Source of the DNA: Candidatus Rariloculaceae bacterium
Lineage (GTDB): Bacteria > Pseudomonadota > Gammaproteobacteria > Steroidobacterales > Rariloculaceae
Assembly (NCBI GenBank): GCA_965221035.1
Contig: OZ244860.1
Coordinates: 992,687-1,056,686, forward strand
Reading direction: 5' to 3'
DNA length: 64,000 bases
Below are positions 18,131 to 29,683 of the stretch, one piece after another. Both the position numbers and the translations under genes were made by a program. Below the pieces are notes generated by a model. The model did not search any database and had not been told where the DNA came from. It saw only the letters and a program-made list of their open reading frames with translations. Within the stretch, counting starts at the first letter, position 1. Each line of letters begins with the position of its first letter.

Positions 18131-19606
18131 ATGCTGGACTCGAACGCAGGTCGAACGGGTGGACGGCGGTTGAGCGCCACGGCCGTGCTGCTGGCCCCGC
18201 TTGCGGGCATGACCGTCGCCGGGTGCGGCGGTCCGGCGGCGCCCGTTGAAGAACCGGCCATGCGCTGGCTCGCCGGCGACCATCACGTGCACTCGCGCTA
18301 TAGCGTCCTCTGGGACCAGGAATCCGATCCGCCGGAACCCCGCATCGGCGCGCACGGCGTTTACCCCATAGCCCTCAATGCGCTGATGGCGAAGCATTAT
18401 GGGCTGGCCTGGATGGTCACCACGGACCACGGCGGACGCCTGCACAGCAAGCTCTACCTGGAAGAGGCCTACCCCAACCTTCAGGTCGCGCGGGAAGTGG
18501 TTCCGGAAGTGATCCACTTCTACGGACTGGAATTGAACGTCCCCGGCGGAGATCACGGCAGCGTGATCTTCCCCCACACCCACGACGAGGCCCAACGCCT
18601 GTATGAATTCGAATCGACGTTCGACCGGCGCAATGCCGATCCGTCGGACCCCGGTCGTGACTCCGAACCCCGCATGCTGGAGGCGCTGCGATCGCTGGAT
18701 GCGCTTCCGGACAAACCGGTGGTCATCGCCAATCATCCTTCAAGAACGGCCATGGGTGGAGCACCCTACGGGAGGTACACGCCGGAGGAATTTCGGGCGT
18801 GGAACGATACCTCCCCGGAAGTGGCGATCGGGATGGTGGGATCGCCCGGTCACCAGGCGATCTCCATCAACCGTGACGGATCCCTGCGCGAAGGCGGCAC
18901 ACGGGGTCAATATAGCGGCGTGAGGACGCGTGGCGGATTCGACCCGATGACCTCCGTCCTGGGAGGCCTCTGGGATTCCATGCTCGGCGAGGGCCGCCGG
19001 TGGTGGATCACCGCCAATTCGGATTCCCACCGGCACTGGAGCGACGGCGGCCCCGACTTCTGGCCCGGCGAATACTCCAAGACCTACGTCTACTCGCGGG
19101 AGAACAGCACCGATATCCTCGAAGCGCTTCGGTCAGGCCGCATATTTGTCTCCACGGGCGGCCTGGTAACCGAACTGTACGTGAACGCTGCAACCACGGG
19201 CGGCGCCGTGGCGGACATCGGCGGAACGCTTCGGTTCGAGCCTGGCGAAAGCATTGTCGTGATGATTCGCCTGCGCGACCCGGAAGGGCAAAACGCCCAC
19301 GGCGCGACGCCGAGCGTGCGTCGCGTGGACTTGATCGCCGGCGACATCGCCGGCCCCGTGGTTGACAGAAGCCGGGACACCAATCCCACTACGCGGATCA
19401 TCCGGCGATTCGAAGAGGGCGACTGGAGCCGCGACGGCGAATTCATCTCCATGACGGAGCGGTTGGAAGACGTCGGCGACAGCCTGTACCTTCGAATCAG
19501 AGGCACCAATACCACCGAACTGGAACCGGCGGAGGATACGCGCGGCGAAGACCCGTGGACCGATCTCTGGTTCTATTCCAATCCCATCTTTGCTGAAGCC
19601 AATTGA
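18131..19606 (+). CDS. PHP-domain-like metallohydrolase lipoprotein (CehA/McbA-like)
   Basis: Lipobox LAGMTVAGC. GDHHVHSRYS and TDHGG are PHP-type metal-binding motifs. 491 aa. Confidence 0.55.
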   Translation: MLDSNAGRTGGRRLSATAVLLAPLAGMTVAGCGGPAAPVEEPAMRWLAGDHHVHSRYSVLWDQESDPPEPRIGAHGVYPIALNALMAKHYGLAWMVTTDHGGRLHSKLYLEEAYPNLQVAREVVPEVIHFYGLELNVPGGDHGSVIFPHTHDEAQRLYEFESTFDRRNADPSDPGRDSEPRMLEALRSLDALPDKPVVIANHPSRTAMGGAPYGRYTPEEFRAWNDTSPEVAIGMVGSPGHQAISINRDGSLREGGTRGQYSGVRTRGGFDPMTSVLGGLWDSMLGEGRRWWITANSDSHRHWSDGGPDFWPGEYSKTYVYSRENSTDILEALRSGRIFVSTGGLVTELYVNAATTGGAVADIGGTLRFEPGESIVVMIRLRDPEGQNAHGATPSVRRVDLIAGDIAGPVVDRSRDTNPTTRIIRRFEEGDWSRDGEFISMTERLEDVGDSLYLRIRGTNTTELEPAEDTRGEDPWTDLWFYSNPIFAEAN

Positions 19607-19718
19607 AGGCAACCGATATCGGGCAAACCAGGGGCCTCGATCCGTCCATGGCCGAATCGTCGCGAAGGGCTTGCTATATAATCCGCGGCGTATTTTGACC
19701 GATTAGCGAGGGGATGGC

Positions 19719-20276
19719 ATGGCATCGCATCACAACTGGTTCATTCCGGGTCTGATTTTCTGCGGGCAAGTGGTTTCCGCCGCGGAATGGACGACAGTCG
19801 ATTCGGCCAGCTCCGTGAGCTTCCTGGCCATTCAGCAGGGATCGCCGTTCGAAGGGGAATTCGGCTCCTTCACTGCTGAAATAGACTTCGACCGCGACAA
19901 CCCTGCCGACGGCAGCATTGTCGGCGTCGTTGAGATGGACTCGGTTCGTACCGGAGACAGCGAACGCGACCGGACGTTGCTGGACCGCGAGTGGTTCGAT
20001 CCGAGCAATCACCCGGAGTCACGTTTCGAGTCCGATAGTATCGAAGCCACCGGGACGGGATTTCGCGCCAACGGTCAACTCACGCTCAAGGGCGTCACGC
20101 AGCCCGTGGCAATGGACTTCACTTTCGAGGATACCGGCAGCGGCACCGCCGCACGATTTTCCGGCAGCTTTGATCTGGAGAGGCTCCAGTTCGGCGTGGG
20201 CGAAGGATTCTGGAGCGACACCAGCTGGACCAGCAATGAGGTCACGGTAACCGTTGAACTTGACCTGGAGCAATAG
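19719..20276 (+). CDS. YceI family protein (polyisoprenoid-binding)
   Basis: SSVSFLA...F.G.F..F.AEIDFD...P..S...V.V...SV.TG...RD..L....WFD....P...F.S.....G....A.G.LTLKGVT.PV is the YceI pattern. Confidence 0.85.
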   Translation: MASHHNWFIPGLIFCGQVVSAAEWTTVDSASSVSFLAIQQGSPFEGEFGSFTAEIDFDRDNPADGSIVGVVEMDSVRTGDSERDRTLLDREWFDPSNHPESRFESDSIEATGTGFRANGQLTLKGVTQPVAMDFTFEDTGSGTAARFSGSFDLERLQFGVGEGFWSDTSWTSNEVTVTVELDLEQ

Positions 20277-20357
20277 GCATTCCCGCAGGATTCAGGCGAG
20301 ATCACCGTATCGTCGACCTGCTCTCATCGCCAGCCGCTCAGGCCTGCCGGCGGGACT

Positions 20358-21620
20358 CTACGTCAATCTGAAGTAGAGGTAGATCGGGAATATCACGGCC
20401 AGCGTCGCCGTTCCCGCAACGCTCCACCGGCGAACCCATTCCGGCGGCTGACGGTCTGGGGGGATATCCCCGTGGAACATGATGCGGTGATTCATGAAGG
20501 CGACCACCGGCCCAGTAAGGAATCCCAGGGCCGTAATGAAATCGATAAATGCCCCGAAGCTTCTCGGCAAGGCATAGAGCACCACGCCCGACGCCACGAT
20601 CTGAAACCAGAGGAATCCGCGATAGATACGCTCCTCCGAAGGAACGCCCGCGCCCTTGACCAGCTTCTTCGCCACATTGGCGTACACGCGGGGGAAGCCG
20701 TCAACCACGGCCAGCACGGTTGACAACATGACCGTAATCGCCGCCACGCTCACCAGAATCTCCGTCCACTGACCGATCACCGACGCAAAGATCCCGACGA
20801 ATTGCGCGGCGAACCCGACCGACGAGCCGGCCAATTCGACGTCCCGCCCGAGGAGCACAATCGTGCCCATGACCAGGAAACAGAACGCCAGCACAACACT
20901 CGTCACATAGCCGACATGAAAGTCGAACAGCGAGACACGGGCGGATGCGGCCTGCCCCGACGTCCTGGCGCGGGCGACCACCCAGGCGGAAAGAAAGATT
21001 GCGCCGCCCATGCCGATGGGCATCCAGCCGGCGACCGAAACGGCGAAAAACAGGTTTGCCTCGTTGAATACGAACGGCACCGCGACACGATGACCCGGGT
21101 CCATGCCGGCGATGGCGGCCAGCGTGGCCAGCACGGTCAATATCGCGAAAAGCGCCACAAAGACCCGGGTGATGTTCTCCAGCACGCTGTAGCGGCCTAG
21201 CAGGAGCACGATGCTTGCCGCGAAAACCGTCGCCATGGTGGCGACGGTCGCGTCCACCTGCATCCCCAACAGGTTCATGCCGAGTCCGACGGTTACCAAC
21301 GTCACCGCCGGGACCACGCCGACGCCCTCGATCAACGTCGCCAGGAAAATGAGCGCAAGCAGCCAGCGACCTTGCCGCTCGTAGCCGCTGAGTACCGTCC
21401 TGCCGGTGATGGCAGCATATTCGGCGCCAAACCGGAAGGCGGGATACTTGATGGCGCACGCGGCGAAGATCAGGACAACGAGCGTAAGTCCGAATTCAGC
21501 GCCGGCGCGGGTCGACTGCACCAGGTGTGAAACGCCCACCGCCGTGGCGGCGAACAACAGCCCGGGTCCAAGCCTCTTCAGCCGCGAGACGACCAGACCG
21601 GCTCCCCCCGAATTCTTCAT
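20358..21620 (-). CDS. Nramp-family divalent metal cation transporter
   Basis: Polytopic membrane protein. N-terminus LGPGLLFAATAVGVSHLVQSTRAGAEFG is Nramp-like. Start set at ATG 21620 (MKNSGG...). Confidence 0.75.
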   Translation of the reverse strand: MKNSGGAGLVVSRLKRLGPGLLFAATAVGVSHLVQSTRAGAEFGLTLVVLIFAACAIKYPAFRFGAEYAAITGRTVLSGYERQGRWLLALIFLATLIEGVGVVPAVTLVTVGLGMNLLGMQVDATVATMATVFAASIVLLLGRYSVLENITRVFVALFAILTVLATLAAIAGMDPGHRVAVPFVFNEANLFFAVSVAGWMPIGMGGAIFLSAWVVARARTSGQAASARVSLFDFHVGYVTSVVLAFCFLVMGTIVLLGRDVELAGSSVGFAAQFVGIFASVIGQWTEILVSVAAITVMLSTVLAVVDGFPRVYANVAKKLVKGAGVPSEERIYRGFLWFQIVASGVVLYALPRSFGAFIDFITALGFLTGPVVAFMNHRIMFHGDIPPDRQPPEWVRRWSVAGTATLAVIFPIYLYFRLT

Positions 21621-21626
21621 AGCCGA

Positions 21627-21665
21627 CTCCCTGCGCGCGTCTCCCTGCGCGCGTCTCCCTGCGCA
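21627..21665. repeat. 14-bp tandem repeat (ctccctgcgcgcgt, 2.8 copies) in the Nramp leader
   Basis: 21627..21640 is identical to 21641..21654, with a partial third copy to 21665. On the mRNA strand each unit is GCGCAGGGAGACGC, a Shine-Dalgarno-like GGGAG flanked by self-complementary GCGCGC. Confidence 0.9.
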
Positions 21666-21768
21666 CGGCGTACCACCCATTCCGATCTGTTATTATAGTT
21701 TCGCGGTCATCGAAATCGCTCCTCGCCGCTTGTGGCGGGAACTCAAAACGCGAATTTGGAGCGCCCCC

Positions 21769-22158
21769 ATGAGGAAGTACGCTGCCAGCGGCCTTGCTGC
21801 CGCAATTCTTGTGATCGGTTCGGCAAGCTGGGGACACCACTCCGCGTTCATGTTCGATTTCGAAACGGAGGTCACTCTGGATGGCGTCGTCAAGGAGTTC
21901 CAGTACACCAATCCGCATTCCTGGTTGCTGGTCGACGTCACCGGTCAAGACGGCACCGTTACGACCTGGGGGTTTGAAGCCGAGGGTCCGAGCACACTGA
22001 TGCGGGCCGGCATACGTAGAAGTGATCTCTCTCCCGGCACCCGGCTGAGCATTACCGGCAATCCAATGAAGGACGGTCGACCGGCGGCCGCCTGGATCAC
22101 CGCAACAAGGGCGGATGGCGCTGTATTCAATCCCCGCGCCGGATTCGCGATTCAGTAA
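21769..22158 (+). CDS. small secreted HHS/NPH-motif protein (DUF6152-like), third paralog
   Basis: Start set at ATG 21769 (MRKYAASGLAAAILVIGSASWG). The mature end begins HHSAFMF, and NPHSW follows 24 residues after the HHS. The longer track ORF (21406..) is antisense to the Nramp gene. Confidence 0.65.
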   Translation: MRKYAASGLAAAILVIGSASWGHHSAFMFDFETEVTLDGVVKEFQYTNPHSWLLVDVTGQDGTVTTWGFEAEGPSTLMRAGIRRSDLSPGTRLSITGNPMKDGRPAAAWITATRADGAVFNPRAGFAIQ

Positions 22159-22196
22159 TCGAGTCCGGCGACGCCCGAATCGGAACAGGTCCATTC

Positions 22197-22457
22197 ATGA
22201 GTAGCGACACACCCGTACTTGAGGACCCTTACGTGGTCGTATCCGTGCGCCGGTCCGAAGCTCCCCCGGGAGCCGAAGGAACGGGCTGGCACCGGTACGA
22301 GATCGTCCAGGGCAAAAACACGATCAAGGGCTACCGGCAGGGCAGCCGCGAGGACGTGACCGAAGCGGTGTCCGAGATCGCAGCACGCCTCAACGAGCGC
22401 CGCGCCGGCAAACGCGGACGAGTCAAGCTGACGGCGCCACAAAAGAAGAAGAACTAA
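22197..22457 (+). CDS. hypothetical small basic-tailed protein
   Basis: 86-aa ORF with ATG start and GC3-rich codon usage like its neighbours. No family recognised. Confidence 0.4.
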   Translation: MSSDTPVLEDPYVVVSVRRSEAPPGAEGTGWHRYEIVQGKNTIKGYRQGSREDVTEAVSEIAARLNERRAGKRGRVKLTAPQKKKN

Positions 22458-22839
22458 GGCCAGCCAACACGGCCCAAGATGGCTCTGCCGGGGCCACACT
22501 TCTGTCCGGCAGTGCCGCCTGCCGTTCCTCCGGAATCAATTGCTCTTCCAGGTTCGGCGACGCTTCTTCCGGCAGTTCCCAGGGTGGGAGTTCGCCGCCG
22601 GGCTGTTCTTCGTCTTCCGGGTACTCCGCCTCGGGCCGTTGGGGCGCCGTTTCGGGCACGACCGGGATGTCGGGCAGTTGGCGGCCGCGGTCGGGCGCGG
22701 GAATATAGTCCGTGATTCTGAAGTAGCTGGTGGGATCCCTCAACAAGTACCGGCTGGTCACGTCATCCATCAGCAGCAGCAGGCCGATGGTGATCACCAC
22801 GGCTCCGAGAACGGCAAGCAACACCCGGGAAAACATCAT
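22423..22839 (-). CDS. hypothetical membrane-anchored Pro/Glu-rich protein
   Basis: N-terminal TM helix VLLAVLGAVVITIGLLLL followed by a P/E-rich low-complexity tail. Its 3' end overlaps 22197..22457 by 35 nt. Weak call. Confidence 0.3.
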   Translation of the reverse strand: MMFSRVLLAVLGAVVITIGLLLLMDDVTSRYLLRDPTSYFRITDYIPAPDRGRQLPDIPVVPETAPQRPEAEYPEDEEQPGGELPPWELPEEASPNLEEQLIPEERQAALPDRSVAPAEPSWAVLAGLSSSSFVAPSA

Positions 22840-22916
22840 AACGTCTCAGCGACGCCCAGGAACACGGCGCCACGCTTGAACGCCTTCTTGCCGCAAATAT
22901 CCATGGGCCCTTTCCG

Positions 22917-25235
22917 TCATCCGGCGTCTATCGCCCCCTTGGGGCGCAACACCGGAAAGTTCACTACCGTATCCGGCACCACTCTGTCCAGGTCCAGATC
23001 AGGATTGTATTGGCGCACAAGCCACACCGGCACCCGAAAGTCCCGCAGCGCGAGTTCCCACAACGACTCTCCGCGCTCGACCACGTGATGCTCGACTCCG
23101 GTGACGTCGTAGGCCTGGAAAAACTCCTCCTGGGTTTCCCGTTGATAGGCGACCCGCCTGACCTCGAACTCAGCTGCGGACACAACGGAAAAATCCAGGC
23201 TCAATCTCCGCCCGATCACCACGGGTTCCCGGAAGGGCATGCCGTTGATATCCCTCAGCCGTTGCGTTCGTATCTCCAACCAGTCCGCGTAATGGCCCAG
23301 GGTTTCCAGAGCCTGGACCTCAATGGTCCCATCCGCCCGCACGAGGTAGTCGCTGGGGTCCGCTGCCATCTCCGCCTGGTCACTGGCCAGCACATTGATG
23401 TCACCCCCCATTTCCGTGTTGCCCTCGGCAGTGCCCTGCAAGGGCACTTCGGCAACGGCTTGCAACTCCGGTTCCAGGTCTACCGCCGATGCCGCTTCCG
23501 ACTCCACCACCGTTGCCGACTCAGACGGCGTGCCGGCAGCCATCGCCCGAGCCGGCTCCGCTTCGGGCTCCGGCTCCGGCCGCCGCGCCGCGTCAACCGT
23601 GGCCGCCGCCGCGCTCAGCGCCAACTCCTGCCCGACGTAAATCCGGTCGGCATCCACGATCGCATTCCTGGCCAGCAGGTCTTCCATGCTGACGCCGAAC
23701 ATGCGAGCGATTCGATCAATGCTGTCGCCGGGACGGACGATGTAGGTTCCGCCGTCGCCGGACGGCAGACCGTCCCGCTGGGCCAGCGTGATGGGGAGGG
23801 CGCCATTGCCGCCCGGAAGTCTCAGTACCTGACCCACGCGAATCAGGTTTCGGCTTCGGAGATTGTTCAGGTCGACCAGCGCACTCTGCCTGACCCGGTA
23901 GCGCTCCGCGATGCCGGACAGAGTCTCCCCACGCTGCACGCGATGCAGCACGTCCGGACGCTGCGCCGTGTAGCGCAACGAGGCGGGTATCGCGGCCATC
24001 CGCTGATCCGCGTTCGGAACGGCGTCCGTGGGCACTCGAAACCTGAAACCGCTTGGCACGAACTTGTCTTCGCTCCAGACGGCCGACGTCAGCGCTGGAT
24101 TCCAGTCGCGAAGCAAGTCATGATCGACATCGAATGCATCCGCGAGCGTGGAAACGGTGACGAAGTCGGGAACGTTGACCACCCGCGTGTCGGCTTCGGA
24201 ATCGGGATCGAGGGGACCGAAATACGCCTCCGCTTCGGCATCGACATCCACGGCCGCCAGGAACGCCACGTAGAAGTTCCGTGATGCGAATCCGAACAAT
24301 CGACCGTCGTATTCCCGCAAGATGACTTCAATGCGGTCGGTTCCCGTACTGCGCACCGCATTGCGCATGCCGGCCTGGCCGTGGTTGTACGCGGTAATGG
24401 CCAGCGCCCAGTCCTGCAATACCTCGTAATTGTCGCGCAGCAGCCGCGCCGCGGCCACCGTCGAGAAGAACGGGTCGCGCCGGTCGTCGACGACGTGGTC
24501 GATTCTCATGTAGCGCAAGCCGGTCGAACGGGTGAATTGCCACATGCCCGCGGCTCCCGCCCTGGAGTAGGCCGTTGGATCGAAGGAAGATTCCACGTGG
24601 GGCAGCGCGGCCAATTCGATGGGCACCCCCTCCTGGCGAAGCACTTCGTGGATGTACGGCTTCCACCGGCCGGAACGGATGAGGCCGGCGCGGAACCGGT
24701 CCGACTGCCCGCGCTGAAAGCGCAGACGGTCCACGGCCGATGCAAGCATCCGGTTGCTGACATCCTCGGGCCAGAGCGACAAGACGCGTTGTTCCTCCTG
24801 GCTCAGGTTGTCCCGCTTCCCGCCGGCGAGCGTTCCGAGCGTCCCGCGAAGGGACTCGAAGGCGGCGTTGATCTGGTTCTGCCGGGTCCTTTGGCTGGCA
24901 TCCTCGTCGAACCGCACGGTCCGATACACAACATCCAGATGACGGTTGTCGTGGATGAAGCCGGCGTCGGTGCTGATCTCGGTATAGACACGCGTCCAGA
25001 AACGGACATCGGGCTCGATTTCCGGAGGTCTCGGCAATTGTTGGGCGACTGCATCGCCCGCCAGGCACGCTAAAGCCAAGCACGCCAGCCCCGCCAACAA
25101 GCCCGCGCGACCGGTGCCATGAGGCGCAAGGGGTGATGAATTTCGAATGGGTCCCTTCGCACACCCCACCCCAGGAAGCGTACGCGATCGAAACAAGAGA
25201 TTCAGGCATGCGTCCATAGTTCGTGCTCCCTTCAA
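22917..25235 (-). CDS. mltD: membrane-bound lytic murein transglycosylase D-like protein with three LysM domains
   Basis: SLT catalytic segment LPHVESSFDPTAYSRAGAAGMWQF. LysM repeats HRVQRGETLSGIAERY, YIVRPGDSIDRIARMF and HVVERGESLWELAL. Start uncertain (possible lipobox LALAC further in). Confidence 0.85.
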   Translation of the reverse strand: MKGARTMDACLNLLFRSRTLPGVGCAKGPIRNSSPLAPHGTGRAGLLAGLACLALACLAGDAVAQQLPRPPEIEPDVRFWTRVYTEISTDAGFIHDNRHLDVVYRTVRFDEDASQRTRQNQINAAFESLRGTLGTLAGGKRDNLSQEEQRVLSLWPEDVSNRMLASAVDRLRFQRGQSDRFRAGLIRSGRWKPYIHEVLRQEGVPIELAALPHVESSFDPTAYSRAGAAGMWQFTRSTGLRYMRIDHVVDDRRDPFFSTVAAARLLRDNYEVLQDWALAITAYNHGQAGMRNAVRSTGTDRIEVILREYDGRLFGFASRNFYVAFLAAVDVDAEAEAYFGPLDPDSEADTRVVNVPDFVTVSTLADAFDVDHDLLRDWNPALTSAVWSEDKFVPSGFRFRVPTDAVPNADQRMAAIPASLRYTAQRPDVLHRVQRGETLSGIAERYRVRQSALVDLNNLRSRNLIRVGQVLRLPGGNGALPITLAQRDGLPSGDGGTYIVRPGDSIDRIARMFGVSMEDLLARNAIVDADRIYVGQELALSAAAATVDAARRPEPEPEAEPARAMAAGTPSESATVVESEAASAVDLEPELQAVAEVPLQGTAEGNTEMGGDINVLASDQAEMAADPSDYLVRADGTIEVQALETLGHYADWLEIRTQRLRDINGMPFREPVVIGRRLSLDFSVVSAAEFEVRRVAYQRETQEEFFQAYDVTGVEHHVVERGESLWELALRDFRVPVWLVRQYNPDLDLDRVVPDTVVNFPVLRPKGAIDAG

Positions 25236-25254
25236 CCTTGCCCAGCCTGTTTGT

Positions 25255-27449
<2,195 letters not shown>

Positions 27450-27641
27450 CTATCCTCGGACGAAATTGAGCATGACCAGGCCTGTGATGGCCAGCGCGAA
27501 CCCGAGAATACGCAATTGCCGGTCGCTCATCTGGCCGATGGCGGCCACCCCCCGGCGCCACGCGCGAGGCGCCGCGAAGGGGAACAGACCCTCGAGGATC
27601 AGCAGGAACGCAATGCCGGCAAGTAGGTCCGACCAGGCCAC
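27450..27641 (-). CDS. DUF2065 domain-containing small membrane protein
   Basis: 63 aa, LLILEGLFPFAAP motif. It sits between hflC and purA, the usual position for this family. GTG start. Confidence 0.7.
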   Translation of the reverse strand: MAWSDLLAGIAFLLILEGLFPFAAPRAWRRGVAAIGQMSDRQLRILGFALAITGLVMLNFVRG

Positions 27642-27669
27642 AAGGTCACGCGGTGTCCGTCTGTGCGAA

Positions 27670-28545
27670 TCAGGGCGTGGTGCCCATCTGCTCCTGCAGG
27701 AACTGGAAGAACTCGCTGTCGGGGCTCAACACCAGCACGTCCTGCTCCTTTCCGATGGCCTCGCGGTAGGCCGACATGCTGCGATAGAACGAATAGAACT
27801 CCGGATTCTGCGTGTAGGCGTTGGCGTAGACTTCGGCTGCCCTGGCGTCGCCCTCGCCGCGGATGCGCTCGGCGTCCCGATATGCCTCCGCCAGGATCAC
27901 CGTGCTCTGGCGGTCCGCATCAGCCCGTATCCGCTCGGACTCCTCGGCGCCCTCGGCGCGGAGCTGTGCCGCGACGCGGCCTCGTTCCTGCTGCATCCGC
28001 GCGAACACGGACCCGCTGACCTCATCCGAAAGCTCGATTCTCATGACCCGCACGTCGACGACCTCAAGACCCAGCTCCGGCGCCTGCCGGGCAGCTTGCA
28101 CCAGCATCTGCTCCATCAGTTCCGAGCGTTCGGCCGCGACCACTTCCTGCACGGTGCGGCGCGAAAACTCCGCCTTGATGCCCTCGCGAATGATGGCGGA
28201 CAGGCGTTCCGCCGCGGTCACCTCAAGGCCGCCCGCAGCACGGTAGTACTGCGCCGGATCCGCGATGCGCCAGGTAATGAAATAATCGACGATCAGGTTC
28301 TTCTTTTCGCCGGTCAGGAAACGTTCCTGGGACTCTTCATAGGTCAGGACCCGATCCGGAAACCGCCGAATGTTGTTCACGAACGGAATCTTGAAGTGAA
28401 GTCCGGGCTCGTAATCCGACTTGACGATCTCGCCGAACCGGAACTTGACGACGTGTTCACGTTCATCCACGGTGAATACGGTCAGCCATATCGTCACCGT
28501 GGCGATCAACGCCAGCGCAAACACCAGATTGAATCTCGAACTCAT
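27670..28545 (-). CDS. hflC: protease modulator HflC
   Basis: SPFH/band-7 protein with an N-terminal TM helix, directly downstream of hflK. Confidence 0.9.
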   Translation of the reverse strand: MSSRFNLVFALALIATVTIWLTVFTVDEREHVVKFRFGEIVKSDYEPGLHFKIPFVNNIRRFPDRVLTYEESQERFLTGEKKNLIVDYFITWRIADPAQYYRAAGGLEVTAAERLSAIIREGIKAEFSRRTVQEVVAAERSELMEQMLVQAARQAPELGLEVVDVRVMRIELSDEVSGSVFARMQQERGRVAAQLRAEGAEESERIRADADRQSTVILAEAYRDAERIRGEGDARAAEVYANAYTQNPEFYSFYRSMSAYREAIGKEQDVLVLSPDSEFFQFLQEQMGTTP

Positions 28546-28560
28546 CGTTCGCCCCCCGCC

Positions 28561-29679
28561 CTATCGGCTTTCGCGCACGCGCGCGCTTGAACTCAGTCCC
28601 CCGGATAGCGGCGTCATTGCCGGCGGCAGGACTTCCTGCGAACTTTCCGAACGCCTCTCCACCAGTCGGTCCAGCGGCAGGTAGATCAGATTGCCGCCGC
28701 CATCGGCATCCAGAAGCACCTTGGTTGAATCCGCCAGAACCTGTTCGAGCGTCTCCAGGTACAGTCTCTGGCGAGTCACTGCCGGCGCCTTTTCGTATTC
28801 GCGCAGGATCTGGACGAAACGGTCGGCCTCGCCCTCGGCATCGGCAATGACGCGTGCCCTGTAGGCCTCCGCGTCCTGAAGCTCGCGAGCCGCGGCGCCC
28901 CGGGCCCTGGGCAGGATATCGTTGGCGTAGGCCTCGGCCTCCAGCCCCATCCTCTCCCTGTCTTCGCGGGCACGGATGGCGTCCTGCACACTCTCTTCCA
29001 CGTCGGCCGGGAAGTTGGCGTCCTGGAGGTTGACCTCGTACACGGTGATACCGGTTCCATAGGAATCGAGCGTGGCCTGGATGAGCGCCTGGGTCTCCAC
29101 CGCCACCTCGGCACGACCTTCGGTGAGGATGAAGTCAAGCAGATTCTTGCCGATCACTTCACGGATGGCGCTGCTGGTCACATCCTGCATCGTATTGATG
29201 GGATTGCGGACGTTGAAGAGATAGGCCTGCGGGTCCGTCCTGCGGTACTGCACCACGAGATCCACGACCACGATATTCTCGTCCTCGGTGAGCATGCTGC
29301 CCCGGTAAGAGTAGCGTTCGGTCGCGTTGGTATTGATCTTCTCGATGCGGTCCACCAGCGGTATGCGCCAACGCAGCCCCGGCAGGGCAATCGCGTGAAA
29401 CTCGCCGAAACGAAGCACGACACCCCGTTCCGCGTCGTCCACCATGTAGAGCCCGCGCAACGCAAACGCAGCGACGACCAGCAGAATCACAGTCGTCGCG
29501 ATTCCCTTGCCGCCGTCGCGCGGCCTGCCGGTGCCGTTTCCGCGGCTTCCACGACCGCCGCCGCCGAACAACCCGGCCAGCTTGCGCTGCAAGTCCCGCA
29601 CCATCGCGTCCAGATCACCCGGCGCCCGGTTGCGGTCACTCTGCCAGGGATTACTGTTGTTGTCGTCATTCCAACTCAT
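28561..29679 (-). CDS. hflK: FtsH protease activity modulator HflK
   Basis: MSWNDDNNSNPW... Gly-rich N-terminus, a TM helix and an SPFH domain. Start set at ATG 29679, 4 nt after the hflX stop. Confidence 0.9.
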   Translation of the reverse strand: MSWNDDNNSNPWQSDRNRAPGDLDAMVRDLQRKLAGLFGGGGRGSRGNGTGRPRDGGKGIATTVILLVVAAFALRGLYMVDDAERGVVLRFGEFHAIALPGLRWRIPLVDRIEKINTNATERYSYRGSMLTEDENIVVVDLVVQYRRTDPQAYLFNVRNPINTMQDVTSSAIREVIGKNLLDFILTEGRAEVAVETQALIQATLDSYGTGITVYEVNLQDANFPADVEESVQDAIRAREDRERMGLEAEAYANDILPRARGAAARELQDAEAYRARVIADAEGEADRFVQILREYEKAPAVTRQRLYLETLEQVLADSTKVLLDADGGGNLIYLPLDRLVERRSESSQEVLPPAMTPLSGGLSSSARVRESR

Positions 29680-29683
29680 AGCT

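Noticed and set aside
22197-22839. The overlapping convergent small ORFs 22197..22457 and 22423..22839 as a possible toxin-antitoxin or antisense pair.
   Set aside because: Neither has recognisable TA-family features. One is a low-complexity Pro/Glu-rich membrane-anchored ORF of doubtful reality. The 35-nt overlap is most simply explained by late stop codons.
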